DNA of 64,000 nt from Chara braunii (lineage: Eukaryota > Plantae > Charophyceae): the NCBI GenBank assembly GCA_003427395.1, contig BFEA01000030.1:2223722-2287721 (forward strand), in the 5' to 3' direction. A model generated the notes under the pieces. It did no database searches, had not been told where the DNA came from, and saw only the letters and a list, made by a program, of their open reading frames with translations. Shown here piece by piece: positions 38,323-50,200 of the stretch (position 1 is its first letter; each line of letters begins with the position of its first letter). The position numbers and the translations under genes are program-made.

Positions 38323-41300
38323 GGCGACCGAATGCTTTTTGCTCAGCATTCGGTAGCCCGTCGGGCTGCGCAGTTCGGGACGTCAACAACGGTCGGAGTA
38401 GACAAGCAGCGGGGAGAAGAGGTGGGTGAATCCGGGCGAGGAAGGGCGCCGGATGCAAGCGACGAAGAGTGGAGCGGGCTGGTGGTAAGGCCGACTGTGC
38501 GCAGCAAAGTAACAGGCAGCGGGAGAGCTGAGTGCCGGGGTAGCGGAGTGGCGACGAGCAATACGGGGTGGAAGCGACGTGCTGTGAGGGAAAGCGGGGC
38601 TGGATGAGCCTAGGCGGGGGACCGTGCCAGGTACATGGGAGATGAGTCAGGGAAGGCGGAGAGGCTGGTTGGGCATAGCCAGAGGTGGTAGTAGCGGACC
38701 GAAACTGGGCGGGCACTAAGATACTACGGGATAAGCGCAGCGGGCAACGAAGAAGGGCGACAGGTAAAAAAAAAAGGCGGATGAACCTGGCCGGGGTTTG
38801 GCGCGAGGTGCATTCGAAGTTTACAAAGATGGCGGAAGGAGAGTCGGACGCAGTCAGAGAGAAGGGGGTTCGTTCTATCCTTCGCGAAATCGAACGAGTG
38901 AAGGATGGTTATGGAGGTTCTGTGGGCCTGCGAGCGTGATTATGGAGTCAGATTTGGGAGAGAGGTGGATAAAACAGATGATTAGTGTGGAAAACGATGC
39001 GTGGAGGCTATGGCGGAGGGGAGAGTAGCGGGGTAGAAGAATGGAGTTACCACTCGATTCTTGATAGAATCGAGCGGGGAAAAGACTTAAAGTAAAGGTT
39101 TTAGGATCATGCGAATCTACTGGGAATGTCAGTTTTGGCTAAAGGTTAGTATGTAAGAAGTTAGTAAGAAGATCTGCTGCGCGGAGCAAGGGGAGTAGGC
39201 GTCGAGTCCACCCATCTCTTGACGAAAAAGAGTGAGAGGAGGCTTGCTATAGGGGCTTTGACAGGCAGCGAGTGCAATGGGGAACAGAGATAGTGGGATG
39301 GGTGAGGGAATCCTGTGTGGAGGAGAGCGGCAGTTGCGCCAGGAGGAGTTGGCTGAATTTCGACTGAGTAGGGAGTGAATCTGGCCGCCTTTGCAGGCAG
39401 GTTCACTCGACTACAGTACACCCCTTCAAGCAAAGTGGTGAACGAACAACCGCTGTAGGTGGGAGACTTACCTGCGGGACACCCCGCTCCAGCCTAGTGG
39501 CAAGGGTAGCAAGAAGAAAGTGCTTTGAGGGGCTAATGTACGTAGCCGGCATGTGGCGGAAGATTCGTTTGGTTTTGCTCGGGGTGGGCCGGTCTCACCG
39601 CACTTAAGGATGGATAGCGGTGCGGCCCTCCCACGCTAGAACGGCGGGCACATTCAACTCTTGCTCGTCTTGTCAAACCTCCCTATCCCCTTGCGTATGC
39701 AGCCGGTCCTAGCAGAAAAAGGCGGGGGAGGCGTGAGAGTTCAGAATGGCTGCGTATATTTTCGTGTTTTAGCCGAAGATTCAGTCTCATTTTGTACTTT
39801 TCTTTAGGAAGTCTTCTCGATCGCTCGCAGTCTCCGACGCCATCGTGGTTGATTATAACGCTGCAGTCCTTCCATCCGTCGTGCAATGCGTTCCCGGAGC
39901 AGTCGACTTTCTCAGCTAAGAAGCAAGGGACGACGTGAATCAGCGAAGGGAGAACCGGGTGGATTTGCTCGTCGTTTACTGCAAGCGGGTAGAGATGGGC
40001 ATTTACCTGCGAGTGGGTGGAAAGGAGCCGTAGGCTGCAAGTTTGTTCCGCCCATGGACCACTATCTGCAATAAGAAGCTGAGTGTGAGCCTGCCTGTCG
40101 GGCGTGCAAACAGATTGAGCTTTAGCAAAGAGAAAAAGTTGGGGCAACGCAGGGCACCTGTTTGAAAAAGGCATAAGGCCCGGCCGGAGACTGCTGAGTT
40201 AGACAGTCTGTTGAAGCGGACTGTTTGGAAGACTGCTGACCACGAGCCGAAGTCCGTAGGCTGTGGACTACGGGCCGCTGTGTTGCGTTGTTGCCGTCTG
40301 CTGGGTTATACCGTTGCATATCGCCGGTACTGGTGAAAGTGTATGGATTGTAGCTGCAGGTGATTGCTGATGATACTGTTAACCGCCGTCAAGTACTGTT
40401 GTTGCGGACTAGGGACGGACCGTTACTACCATTGCTGGCCACTGCTGTGTATTGATGATGCCCTTAGCCGTGTGCGAGCGTGATGGTGGAGGTTCCTGTA
40501 GTTGAGTCCGATTGGTGTCGCTGTTGCCCGGTGGTGCTTTGGATTGCTGTGGGCCGAGGCGCCTAGCTGCTGCATGTGGCACCCTGCGCACGCTGTTCTG
40601 GAAGGGTTACTGCGGTCATCATAAGGATATGATATTGTAAGAGTGAGGGAGAGGCTGGACTGCAAAAGGGACTATTGTGGCAATTTAGGAGTTCGTCGGA
40701 GGAGTCGAGCTCAACGGTTTGACTTTGGCTTGATCAAGCCCATACGACTTGGCTGCCATTGCAGGGCCCTCAGGCGTTGAAGATACCAAGGCCCTCTCCT
40801 GCGAGTCTGAGAGCACCCTCCTCGGATCTGAGAGTCTGAAATCTTTCTCCTCCTGCCTTTCTTACTCTAAGTCTGGTCTTTTGGTTCTGAGAGGAAGGCG
40901 GCAGGCGGGATTGCAACCCGTAGGTCCGCATCAAGACTCTGTGGGGAGTCAGCCCACTGATTGCGGGAGCCCTGCCGGAACTCAGGAGGAGTTTTGGAGG
41001 CAGGGAACTGAGAGGTAACCATTGCTTTCCTGCTAGAAACCCGAGTTATAGCCCCTATCTGTATTACCCATTGCATGTTTGACTGAGTATATGGTGTGAA
41101 GCCTTACCTTTATTTTTTGTTTGACTTTCAGGACGCTGAGCAAGATTAAGTAAAGAAATGTTTGTCCAATCTCAGTTTCAACTTTATTTGTTGTATGAAA
41201 TCAGATTGTTGAAAGGAATCGCATCTGGGGAAGGCAGGATGGAGGAATGTTTTGATTGAGGGTTTGACTGGGTCATCAAGGATGGGAAGTCCCCATAAGT

Positions 41301-42199
41301 TTAGGGAGACCCAGTGCTATGGTTTTGCGTGGAGGGTCAGGTTGTTCTATAAGTTTAGGTGGCCTTACTGCTCTGGCTTGCGAGGGCTGCTTGTGATTGA
41401 CTTTTTCAGGGGCCAAGTGCGTTCTGTAAGTTCAGGTGCCTTGGTTGTCTTGGTTATTTCGGGTTTTCTCCTGTTTATTTGGTTACGAACGAGGAGGCCT
41501 AAGTTGTTCTATAAGTTTAGGTGGCTTAGCCTCTTCCTGCCTTTATTTTGAGAGAATGAACCTGATAGTGGGAAGATTGTTATGTAAGTTCAGGTGATCT
41601 AGCCCAATGTCATGCACATATTGGATCAAAGATAAATGAATCAGGCAGAGAGTCAGACTATTCTGTAAGTTCAGGTGGTCTGACTCAAAGCCTCGCACAT
41701 GTTGGAACCTAATGGTTATAACTTGACTATACTTTACTATTATTTTATTTAAAAACGAGCTAATCAAACTGTTCTATAAGTTTAGGTGGTTTAACTATAG
41801 CCTATCACAACTTGAAGAGAGTATAATTAAGAATAAAATTAATGGTAAGTTGGGGCAGGCTGAACTTAAGTTGGTTCAGTCATATGCAACCTTAGAAGAC
41901 AAAGGGGAAGACATGTATATATAACTTGGATATCTTAAATAGTTCAGGGCGACTAGAATGGTGTAGTCATGTGCCCAAGGAAGAGAAAAATAGTTTTGCC
42001 CTCTGTTTTGTGTATACTCTTTGGCAAGTTCGACTCACTCCATAAGTTTGGGTGACCTGACCTTATGCCTTATGTAAGCAGGGTATAAGGGGTTAAGTTA
42101 CTCAAAGATTATGAACTATCGTCTGTCCAGATGAACCTCGGATGGTGAGAGTACTTACATCTGTGGTTTGGCCTGCATGTGGCCGAGTGAGGTTACTAC

Positions 42200-42482
42200 T
42201 TGGTCTGAGTTTCAGTTTGATAAGTAGTTGTTTTAGTTGCTCGCCATGTGCTAGAGCGATAGGAGTTAGTTTCAATTCCTGCATTTTCTGAGCTAAGTTT
42301 TTTTACTTAGATCAATTATCGTATTTTCTGGGATCGTTTTTTGGTCTGAGTTTCAGTTTGATAAGTAGTTGTTTTAGTTGCTCGCCATATGCTAGAGCGA
42401 TAGGAGTTAGTTTCAATTCCTGCATTTTCTGAGCTAAGTTTTTTTACTTAGATCAATTATCGTATTTTCTGCGATCGTTTTT
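42200..42482 (+). repeat. Near-perfect 141-bp tandem duplication
   Basis: ttggtctgagtttcagtttgataag... at 42200 and 42341. Confidence 0.92.
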
Positions 42483-42489
42483 TGTACTT

Positions 42490-43060
42490 GGCTTTGTATA
42501 AATCTTGACAAGCTATTTTCTCTACGGGAAGCGCTGCCGAAATTTCTACAAATCCAAGGAGTTAGTCAATTGTTGACTTGTCAAAGTTCAACTTGTCTTT
42601 TCTTTATATCTGACGTGGTAAAAATCTGGAAAGTCTCCTTTTCTAAAGGGAGCGCTGCCCAAATTTTTGTTAATTCAGGGAGTTAGACAAAATTGGATTT
42701 TGAGAAGTCAAAGTTATTCTCAAGTTCTGGACTTAGCTTTGTATAAATTTTGGAATAACACTTTTTTAAAAGGAGTGCTGCCGAAATTTCTGCAAAACTA
42801 AGGAGTTGGTTAAATCTTGTCTGAGTTGAACTCGAGTCGTCTTTTGAGTTCATATCCGACTTAGTATAAATCTGGGAAGTCTCTTTTTAAAAGGAGTGCT
42901 ACCCAAATTTGTACTAATTCAGGGAGTTAAACAAAATTTGACTTTCCAGAATTAAAGATTATTGGTGCTTTCATATTTGGACTTATATAAATTCTGAAAA
43001 TGCGCTTTTCCTATGGGAAGCGCTACCGAAATTTTCTTTGTTTAAAGGAGATGGATTATA
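42490..43060 (+). repeat. Diverged ~122-bp tandem repeat x5
   Basis: gtataaat..gga(a)g(c/t)gct(g/a)cc.aaattt..ggagtt at 42497, 42618, 42741, 42864 and 42985. Confidence 0.8.
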
Positions 43061-45574
43061 TTTTGACAGGTGGCGATTCTGGTAGTTCACCATGAATAGG
43101 GGACATCCTGCCATGAGTCTACCTTTGTTTGCGCACTTGCTTAGAGGTAGACTTAGATATAGTTAACCAGGATGATTTGAGTGAGATTATGATATGGAGA
43201 TTGTTCCCCATGGACTTATAGGTCTAGCTTGGGACATTGACCTGTCATGTGTTACAGGTCCTCTCGATCGTTTGATTCAATTTGAGGACTATATTCAGCT
43301 TGATCCCTCGAGGGTCATCCTCTGTTATCACTGATAACAGGTCGGTTGCCGATTCGTCGGTTTATGATTCAACTCCAATTCACTCCTGCCACTCAACCTA
43401 AAGGCTTAAGCCCTATGGTTTGATCTGTTTTGTTGTGTTTTTACCCCGACTTTATTGAATGACCATTTAACAAAGTTACTGAGTATTGTATTGCTGGGGA
43501 GGTTGCGCAGAGGTTGAGGTTTGCATGGTTAAAGCAAGGGGTATGCGTACAGAGAATGGTTGAAGTTGACCCTGTGTACTGCATGGACTTTCTGGTTGAA
43601 TCTTTGATGTGATTGCAGGTACGCTTGGTGATTCGAACTTGGGATTTGACTGCCTGCGCTCACATACATATATATATGGCTGAGAGGAGTCCCACTGTGA
43701 CTGTGAGAAGTGATTGTCCTATATTAATAATCCTAATTATATATGTGTATATATATGTCTCGAGTATTTCGTGAGGCCTACTTGGACCGCGCGTAAGGGT
43801 TAAACAAATTTGCTTTTTAGAGATTTTTATAGTCGGACGTTGGTCCTGGGCCGGGATTCGAGGTCCTTGTCTAGGACATCCCAAGCCCTAGGCTCTGCAG
43901 GGAAGGAATCTGCCCCCGTGCAAAGCCTATTTGCCTTGCCTACCGAGACGCTCTAACCAAAGGCCGAAGGTCTCGTGGCGGTTGCACGACTATTCCTTCA
44001 GCCATGCAATGTCGTGAGGGATTAAACCCTCACGACACTTCGAGTCTGACACTTGAGTGTCATAAGCGGAACTCGGATCCACGAGGGACCGCTTGATTAT
44101 GGGAACTACATAGTACGCCATCATTGCGACTGCTTGCGTACGCTTGCATTGCGAGTCGATATGAGTTAGCCCTGTGTCCGCGCGATTTTATACTAAGTCT
44201 CGCGCGCGATGCCCATTCGATTTCCGCATTGGAAAGTTATGGGTTGGCTACTGAGGGGCTAGGAGCGTTGTCGCGTTGTTTGTGATTGTGTTTTTTCGTA
44301 TGTGTGTGTGTGTGTGTGTGTGTCTTATTTTTGTGTTCCTAAAGTGGTGTGCGTGTGGTGTGTGGGATGCGTCCTAGTCGACCGACGACGAGTCGCGCTT
44401 GGGACCTCAGCCCCCCAAGATGTCGGCCCGCGTGCGGGTCCGATAGAGGCGTATTACCGCGCGTACCCCCTATGCTACAGCGAACGAGAAACGCCCTCGG
44501 CTGGTCGACCTCTACGATTGCAACTGATTAGCTTTCGTACTGTGGACTGGTAGCTCGGCGGGGATACGCCCACCGAAGGGAGGTGACAACTCCCGTAAGG
44601 TGGAGGTAAGTTATGTCTCACGTAGACCTTATCCTGTCGTAGGGGCTCGCGAGTGGTATGGATGGCGCACTCGGCCGGAGCGGCTTGCTGAAGCTCCATG
44701 TATATTCGCGACGAAGGATTTAAAACCAACTCTTGCGTGACGCGGTCGGGAGGGTCCCGCGCTGCCGTGTCCGGTGCCAGACCGATGCGCTCGACAGCGC
44801 TTGACTCCAAAAAGAACAAAGAATGAACTTCAACAGAAAAAAAAGCACTCGACTTTGAAAAAGAACAAACTTCGGAACAGACTGCGCTTTGGAAAAGAGC
44901 GAACTTCTACTGAAAAACGGACCGGGTACTTGACAGACTTCAACTGAAAAAACAGGCCAGGTACTTGACCTCGACAAGATCAAATTTCGGAATAGATTGC
45001 GCTTTGAAAAAGAACGAACTTCAACTGAAAAACGCACTAGGAACTTGACTTCGGAAAGAACAAGTTTCGGAATAGACCTCGCTTTGACAAGGGTGCGAAC
45101 TTCAACTGACCTGGCCTTCCCTCCTTTGCTCTTTCTTGATCCATTCACTTAGCATTCTCTCTCTCTCTCTCTTCTCTCTCTCTTCTCACTCTCTCTCTCT
45201 CCCTCTCTCTCCCACTCACACACGCACTCTTCGGAAATGTCTGTCTTAGGCATGCTTTTCTTGGAGTTTCGTGTTAGCGAACATCTCTCTGTCTCTGTCT
45301 CTCTCTCTCTCTCTCCCCCTTCCTCCCCCTTGTGCGACCTCACAACCTCCTCGTCCCCCCTCGTGGGCCCCTCCTCCCGCTGTCGAACCCGACCTGTGTC
45401 GTCGCTCGTACGTCGTACCGGGGGTTCTCGTACGGGCCGTACGGACGGACGTACAGCCGTCCGTACGGGCGTACAGACTCCCCCCGTCCGAACGTGCCAC
45501 GGGCCGTAAGGGGGGTGCTGTGGGGGTTCCAAGGGCCTGGGGTGTGGGGATTGGTGTTGGGGGTCACTGCTATG

Positions 45575-46450
45575 NNNNNNNNNNNNNNNNNNNNNNNNNN
45601 NNNNNNNNNNNNNNNNNNNNNNNNNNNNNNNNNNNNNNNNNNNNNNNNNNNNNNNNNNNNNNNNNNNNNNNNNNNNNNNNNNNNNNNNNNNNNNNNNNNN
45701 NNNNNNNNNNNNNNNNNNNNNNNNNNNNNNNNNNNNNNNNNNNNNNNNNNNNNNNNNNNNNNNNNNNNNNNNNNNNNNNNNNNNNNNNNNNNNNNNNNNN
45801 NNNNNNNNNNNNNNNNNNNNNNNNNNNNNNNNNNNNNNNNNNNNNNNNNNNNNNNNNNNNNNNNNNNNNNNNNNNNNNNNNNNNNNNNNNNNNNNNNNNN
45901 NNNNNNNNNNNNNNNNNNNNNNNNNNNNNNNNNNNNNNNNNNNNNNNNNNNNNNNNNNNNNNNNNNNNNNNNNNNNNNNNNNNNNNNNNNNNNNNNNNNN
46001 NNNNNNNNNNNNNNNNNNNNNNNNNNNNNNNNNNNNNNNNNNNNNNNNNNNNNNNNNNNNNNNNNNNNNNNNNNNNNNNNNNNNNNNNNNNNNNNNNNNN
46101 NNNNNNNNNNNNNNNNNNNNNNNNNNNNNNNNNNNNNNNNNNNNNNNNNNNNNNNNNNNNNNNNNNNNNNNNNNNNNNNNNNNNNNNNNNNNNNNNNNNN
46201 NNNNNNNNNNNNNNNNNNNNNNNNNNNNNNNNNNNNNNNNNNNNNNNNNNNNNNNNNNNNNNNNNNNNNNNNNNNNNNNNNNNNNNNNNNNNNNNNNNNN
46301 NNNNNNNNNNNNNNNNNNNNNNNNNNNNNNNNNNNNNNNNNNNNNNNNNNNNNNNNNNNNNNNNNNNNNNNNNNNNNNNNNNNNNNNNNNNNNNNNNNNN
46401 NNNNNNNNNNNNNNNNNNNNNNNNNNNNNNNNNNNNNNNNNNNNNNNNNN
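45575..46450. other. Assembly gap (N)
   Basis: N run. Confidence 1.
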
Positions 46451-46488
<38 letters not shown>

Positions 46489-46869
46489 GGCGGAGAGGAG
46501 GCGGTGAGTTTCCCTCTTCCTAAATTTCTTCTTCTTCTTCTTTTTTTCTTCGTTTTTTTTCTTTCTCTTCTTTGTTTTCATCCTTCTACTTTTTTCTTTT
46601 CCTTCTTGTACTTCTTCCTTTTTTTCTTGTTCTTCGTAAGTTCTGGATCTTCTTCTTCTTCTTCTTTTTCTTTCATCCTTTTTTTTGTCATGATTTTAAA
46701 CTTTCTTTCTTCTTCTTCTTATTAATAATATTGCTATTAACATCATCTTCTTCTTCTTCTTCTTATTTCTTCTTTTTCTTCTTCTTCTTCTTATTTTTTG
46801 TCGTGATTCTTCTTCTTCTTCTTCCTATTTCTTCTTCTTCTTCTTCATCATCTTGGTTTTCTTCTGTTG

Positions 46870-46965
<96 letters not shown>

Positions 46966-47272
46966 CTAAGACGAAGACGATGGCGATGGCGACGGCGACG
47001 TTTCCGACGACGACGCTGACGGCGTGACAGAGGACGGCGGCGCGACGGTGCGCAGTGTTTGATGGCGCACACGTATGGCCCGTCCATACGCACGCGCCCG
47101 TACGTACGACCCGTACGCCTATACGTGCCGGTGAACGGGCCGTGCGCGGCGCAGAGGTTGTCGCTGTTCTGGCCCTGCTGGGCGGTGGGGGGAGGAGACC
47201 GGGCCTGGGGACGGACATCGGCGCTGTGCTGCGTACTCTGCTTCGAGGTCTGTGGGCGCAAGGCTGCCTGCA

Positions 47273-50200
47273 ATGGCTCCCAGGAAAGGGAGGGGAGAGC
47301 AGCCATTCGTCCCGGTTGGTAATGAGAAGCAGAGGGAGGCGGAGCTGAAGTTTTGCGGTTTTAAGTGCATTAGGAAGGGCCAGACACTGCCGAATTTGAA
47401 TGACAATTTCCTCATGGAGTGCAAGTTGTGTGACCAGGGGTTTCAGGGAAGCCAGACGAAAGCCGAACAACATTTCACGATCAAGAACAATTGCGCCAAA
47501 ATCTCCGTGGAGCAGATGGCGGGGATCTGGAACAAGACAAAGTACGCGTTCGATCATAGCCATCACCGGAAGATCGTGGACTTTTTGAAGTCTCGTGGGT
47601 TTCGAGACAACAGATGTGGTTCGGGGAGGGAGCCGGAGGGGGAGGAGGAGTTCGAGGACAACGAGGAGGATAGGAGGGCGGTCGAGGGTGGAGCTGATGA
47701 TGGTGACAGTGGTACATAGGACATGGAGGTGCGGCGAGAGGTGGAGCGTGCCAGGGGAAAGATGAGGAGGGAGAAGGCCGTTGACGAGGAGAGCACCCCT
47801 GACGAGGACGAGGACGGCGACGATGACGATCAGGGAGCAGACATTGGGGCCTCTCTGGATGGGGGCCTGATGGCCGATGGCCGTCGTGGCCAAGAGGGGG
47901 CAGCCAAGGCGATGAACGAGGCTGCGGGATCGAAGAAGAGAAAGAGGAAGGCGAAGATGACTCCCATTGAGGCGAGATCACCACCTTCTCAGCCGAAGAA
48001 GAGCAGAGTTCTTCGACAGACGTCCGTGCTGGAGACCTTCAATCCGGTGTGGCAACGAGATTTTTCCAACTCCTTTCTGCAGTGGTGGTACGTGAGCGGT
48101 ATTCCATTTGAGGCGGCGAGGAGGCCAGAGTATCACACGATGAGGAAGAAGTTGCTCGAGTGTCCGCGGTACACACATCCGGCATTGCCCACGCACAATG
48201 TCATCTCCTGCGATGGCATCCCTCAACAGCAGCGAGTTGTGGCGGACATGGTGGCGGTCGTCCGCAAGGACATTGAGGCGACGGGAGCGACCATCCTCAC
48301 GGATGGTCGCAAGTCCATCACGAGTGACCAGATAGTCAACTTCCTTGCTGTTGGGCCAACTGGAGCGTACCTTTTCAGGACTGTGCAGTGGGACGGTGCT
48401 GTTCAGGAAACAGCAGAAGCCGTCGTGGAGCGTTGGAAGGACGTGTTTGACAGGTTCGGTGTCGACAAGGTCAACGCCATCTGCACTGATTCGGCATCTG
48501 CATACGTGGCTGCATCCAAGCTCCTCGCGCAGGAGGAAGTCAAGTACAACCACATCACTTGGCTTCCGTGCGCGGTCCATGTCTGCAACTTGTTGTTGTC
48601 AGACATGGCGAAGGACGGGTGCGACGGGAACCTTGGGAAGAGGGAGGACACCATCAACAGGGCTCGAGCTGTCGTGCGTTTCATCAGAGAGCAGGGGGCG
48701 TCTCTCAACCTTTATCGACCGTTCTCTGTTGCCCACCCTTCTTCTGCCTCCACGGCGGCGGGCAGTTGTAGCGTTGCGCCAGCCCCGTCTCAACGGCGAG
48801 GCAAGGAGCTTATATACCCTGCACAGACGAGGTTTGCCACTCACTATTTGATGCTGGAGAGGTTGTTGGATCGTCGCAGAGCGTTGGAGGCGTTGATGAT
48901 GAGCGACGATTGGCTGCGGACTGCATGGAGGAGGTCCATTTTTTTGCAGGCTATGTGAGTGCGTCATCAGGTGCGGTACGCGCCATTCTGGGAGCACGTG
49001 GAGGACATCGTGGAGTTGATGACGCCTGTGATGCAGTTGCTACGACGTTTGGAGAGGGGGGGACGCCTGATGACTCGCATGTGGTCGTGGGGTTTAGCCA
49101 TGGTTGATAGGGTGGCGATAGCGAGCCTAAACAGGACGTGGAAGGACGAGCTCCACATCGTTGTTCAGGCTTGTCAGGCGAGGGTCGCTCATATGTTGGA
49201 GCTCGCACATTGCATGGCCCACCTCCTCAACCCGCGACACAGGAGCATTACATTTTTTGGAGCGGCGCAGCGATCCGAGCACGACAAGACACTGACAGAC
49301 GAGTCGCTGCGATACCTTCGCCAACAGACTGGTGGTGACAAGGATCTGTATCAGACGTTACACACGCAACAGGCGGAGTTTCATTGTCGGGAGGGTGATT
49401 GGACGTATGGAGGGGTTGAGGGAGACAGGGACGCGGCCTCCTGGAGAGGGGAGGAGGAGACGTCACAGGTGGGGCAGTGGTGGGTACAGCACGGGGACGG
49501 GGTCCCTCTCCTTCAGAGTCTCGCCATTCGCTTGACGCACAAATGGACGTGCGCCTCTGCGACGGAAGAGGCGTAACCAGCTTGGTTTCATCAAGCTGAC
49601 TCGTTTGGTGGAGATATCCACCAACTTGAGATTGAGTCGTTGTCAGGGGAGGGGTTCATGGTACGTTCTTCCATGGGAGGATGGTGAGGAGGAGACAGAG
49701 GACGTTATTCCTCCGCCTCGTGACGAGGGTGTTTGGCCAGCTGACCGAGTCACCGAGGCACAGCGCGACCGGCAGGTCCAACGCGGGCGGAAGGATCACC
49801 TTTCGAAGGCACCACCCAGCGTTGCGACGTATTTCGGTCGTCGCGCCACAGTGCTCATGGCGACTGAGTTAGAGTCGGTCTACGATCCCGAGCCTGATCC
49901 CATGGCTCAGGACCCGATGGAGGCCGAGCCGTGGTCGGATCCGGACGACCTGGCCGTGGAGTTAGAGCCTGGAGGTTCTGATGATGATGACGATGACACT
50001 CCTCTCATCCTGATTCCACGTCCTCGCACACGTGCATCCACGGCGACCGCTGCACCGTCTCCCGCAGCACGCCCTCCTTCGAGTACTCCTGGCGTCCCGC
50101 TACGAGGCCCAGTGGACAGTGCTGAGGGCACGACGCCACACCCTTCAGCCGATCGTCGTAGACATGGTGAGCAGAGGACTCGCGAGTACGTTGAGGAGGG

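Larger units (their letters stand above)
37078..44796. mobile_element. 7.7-kb non-coding element with LTR-type ends (giant solo LTR or non-autonomous element)
   Basis: TGTCG...CGACA termini; 4-bp TSD GTGC (37074-77) / GCGC (44797-800); absent from the sister LTR. Confidence 0.8.

Noticed and set aside
38780-39065. Possible degenerate ORF in the 7.7-kb element (MNLAGVWREVHSKF...)
   Set aside because: Short, broken and without a recognisable motif.
39520-40170. U4-like words (39523-46, 40139-70) and an SRP RNA helix-8-like word (39883-39917)
   Set aside because: The matches need large gaps and rely on recalled sequences; too weak to call without covariance-model scores.
41290-42060. CRISPR-like repeat-spacer pattern
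   Set aside because: The core is only ~13 bp, spacing is irregular and the spacers are partly homologous.
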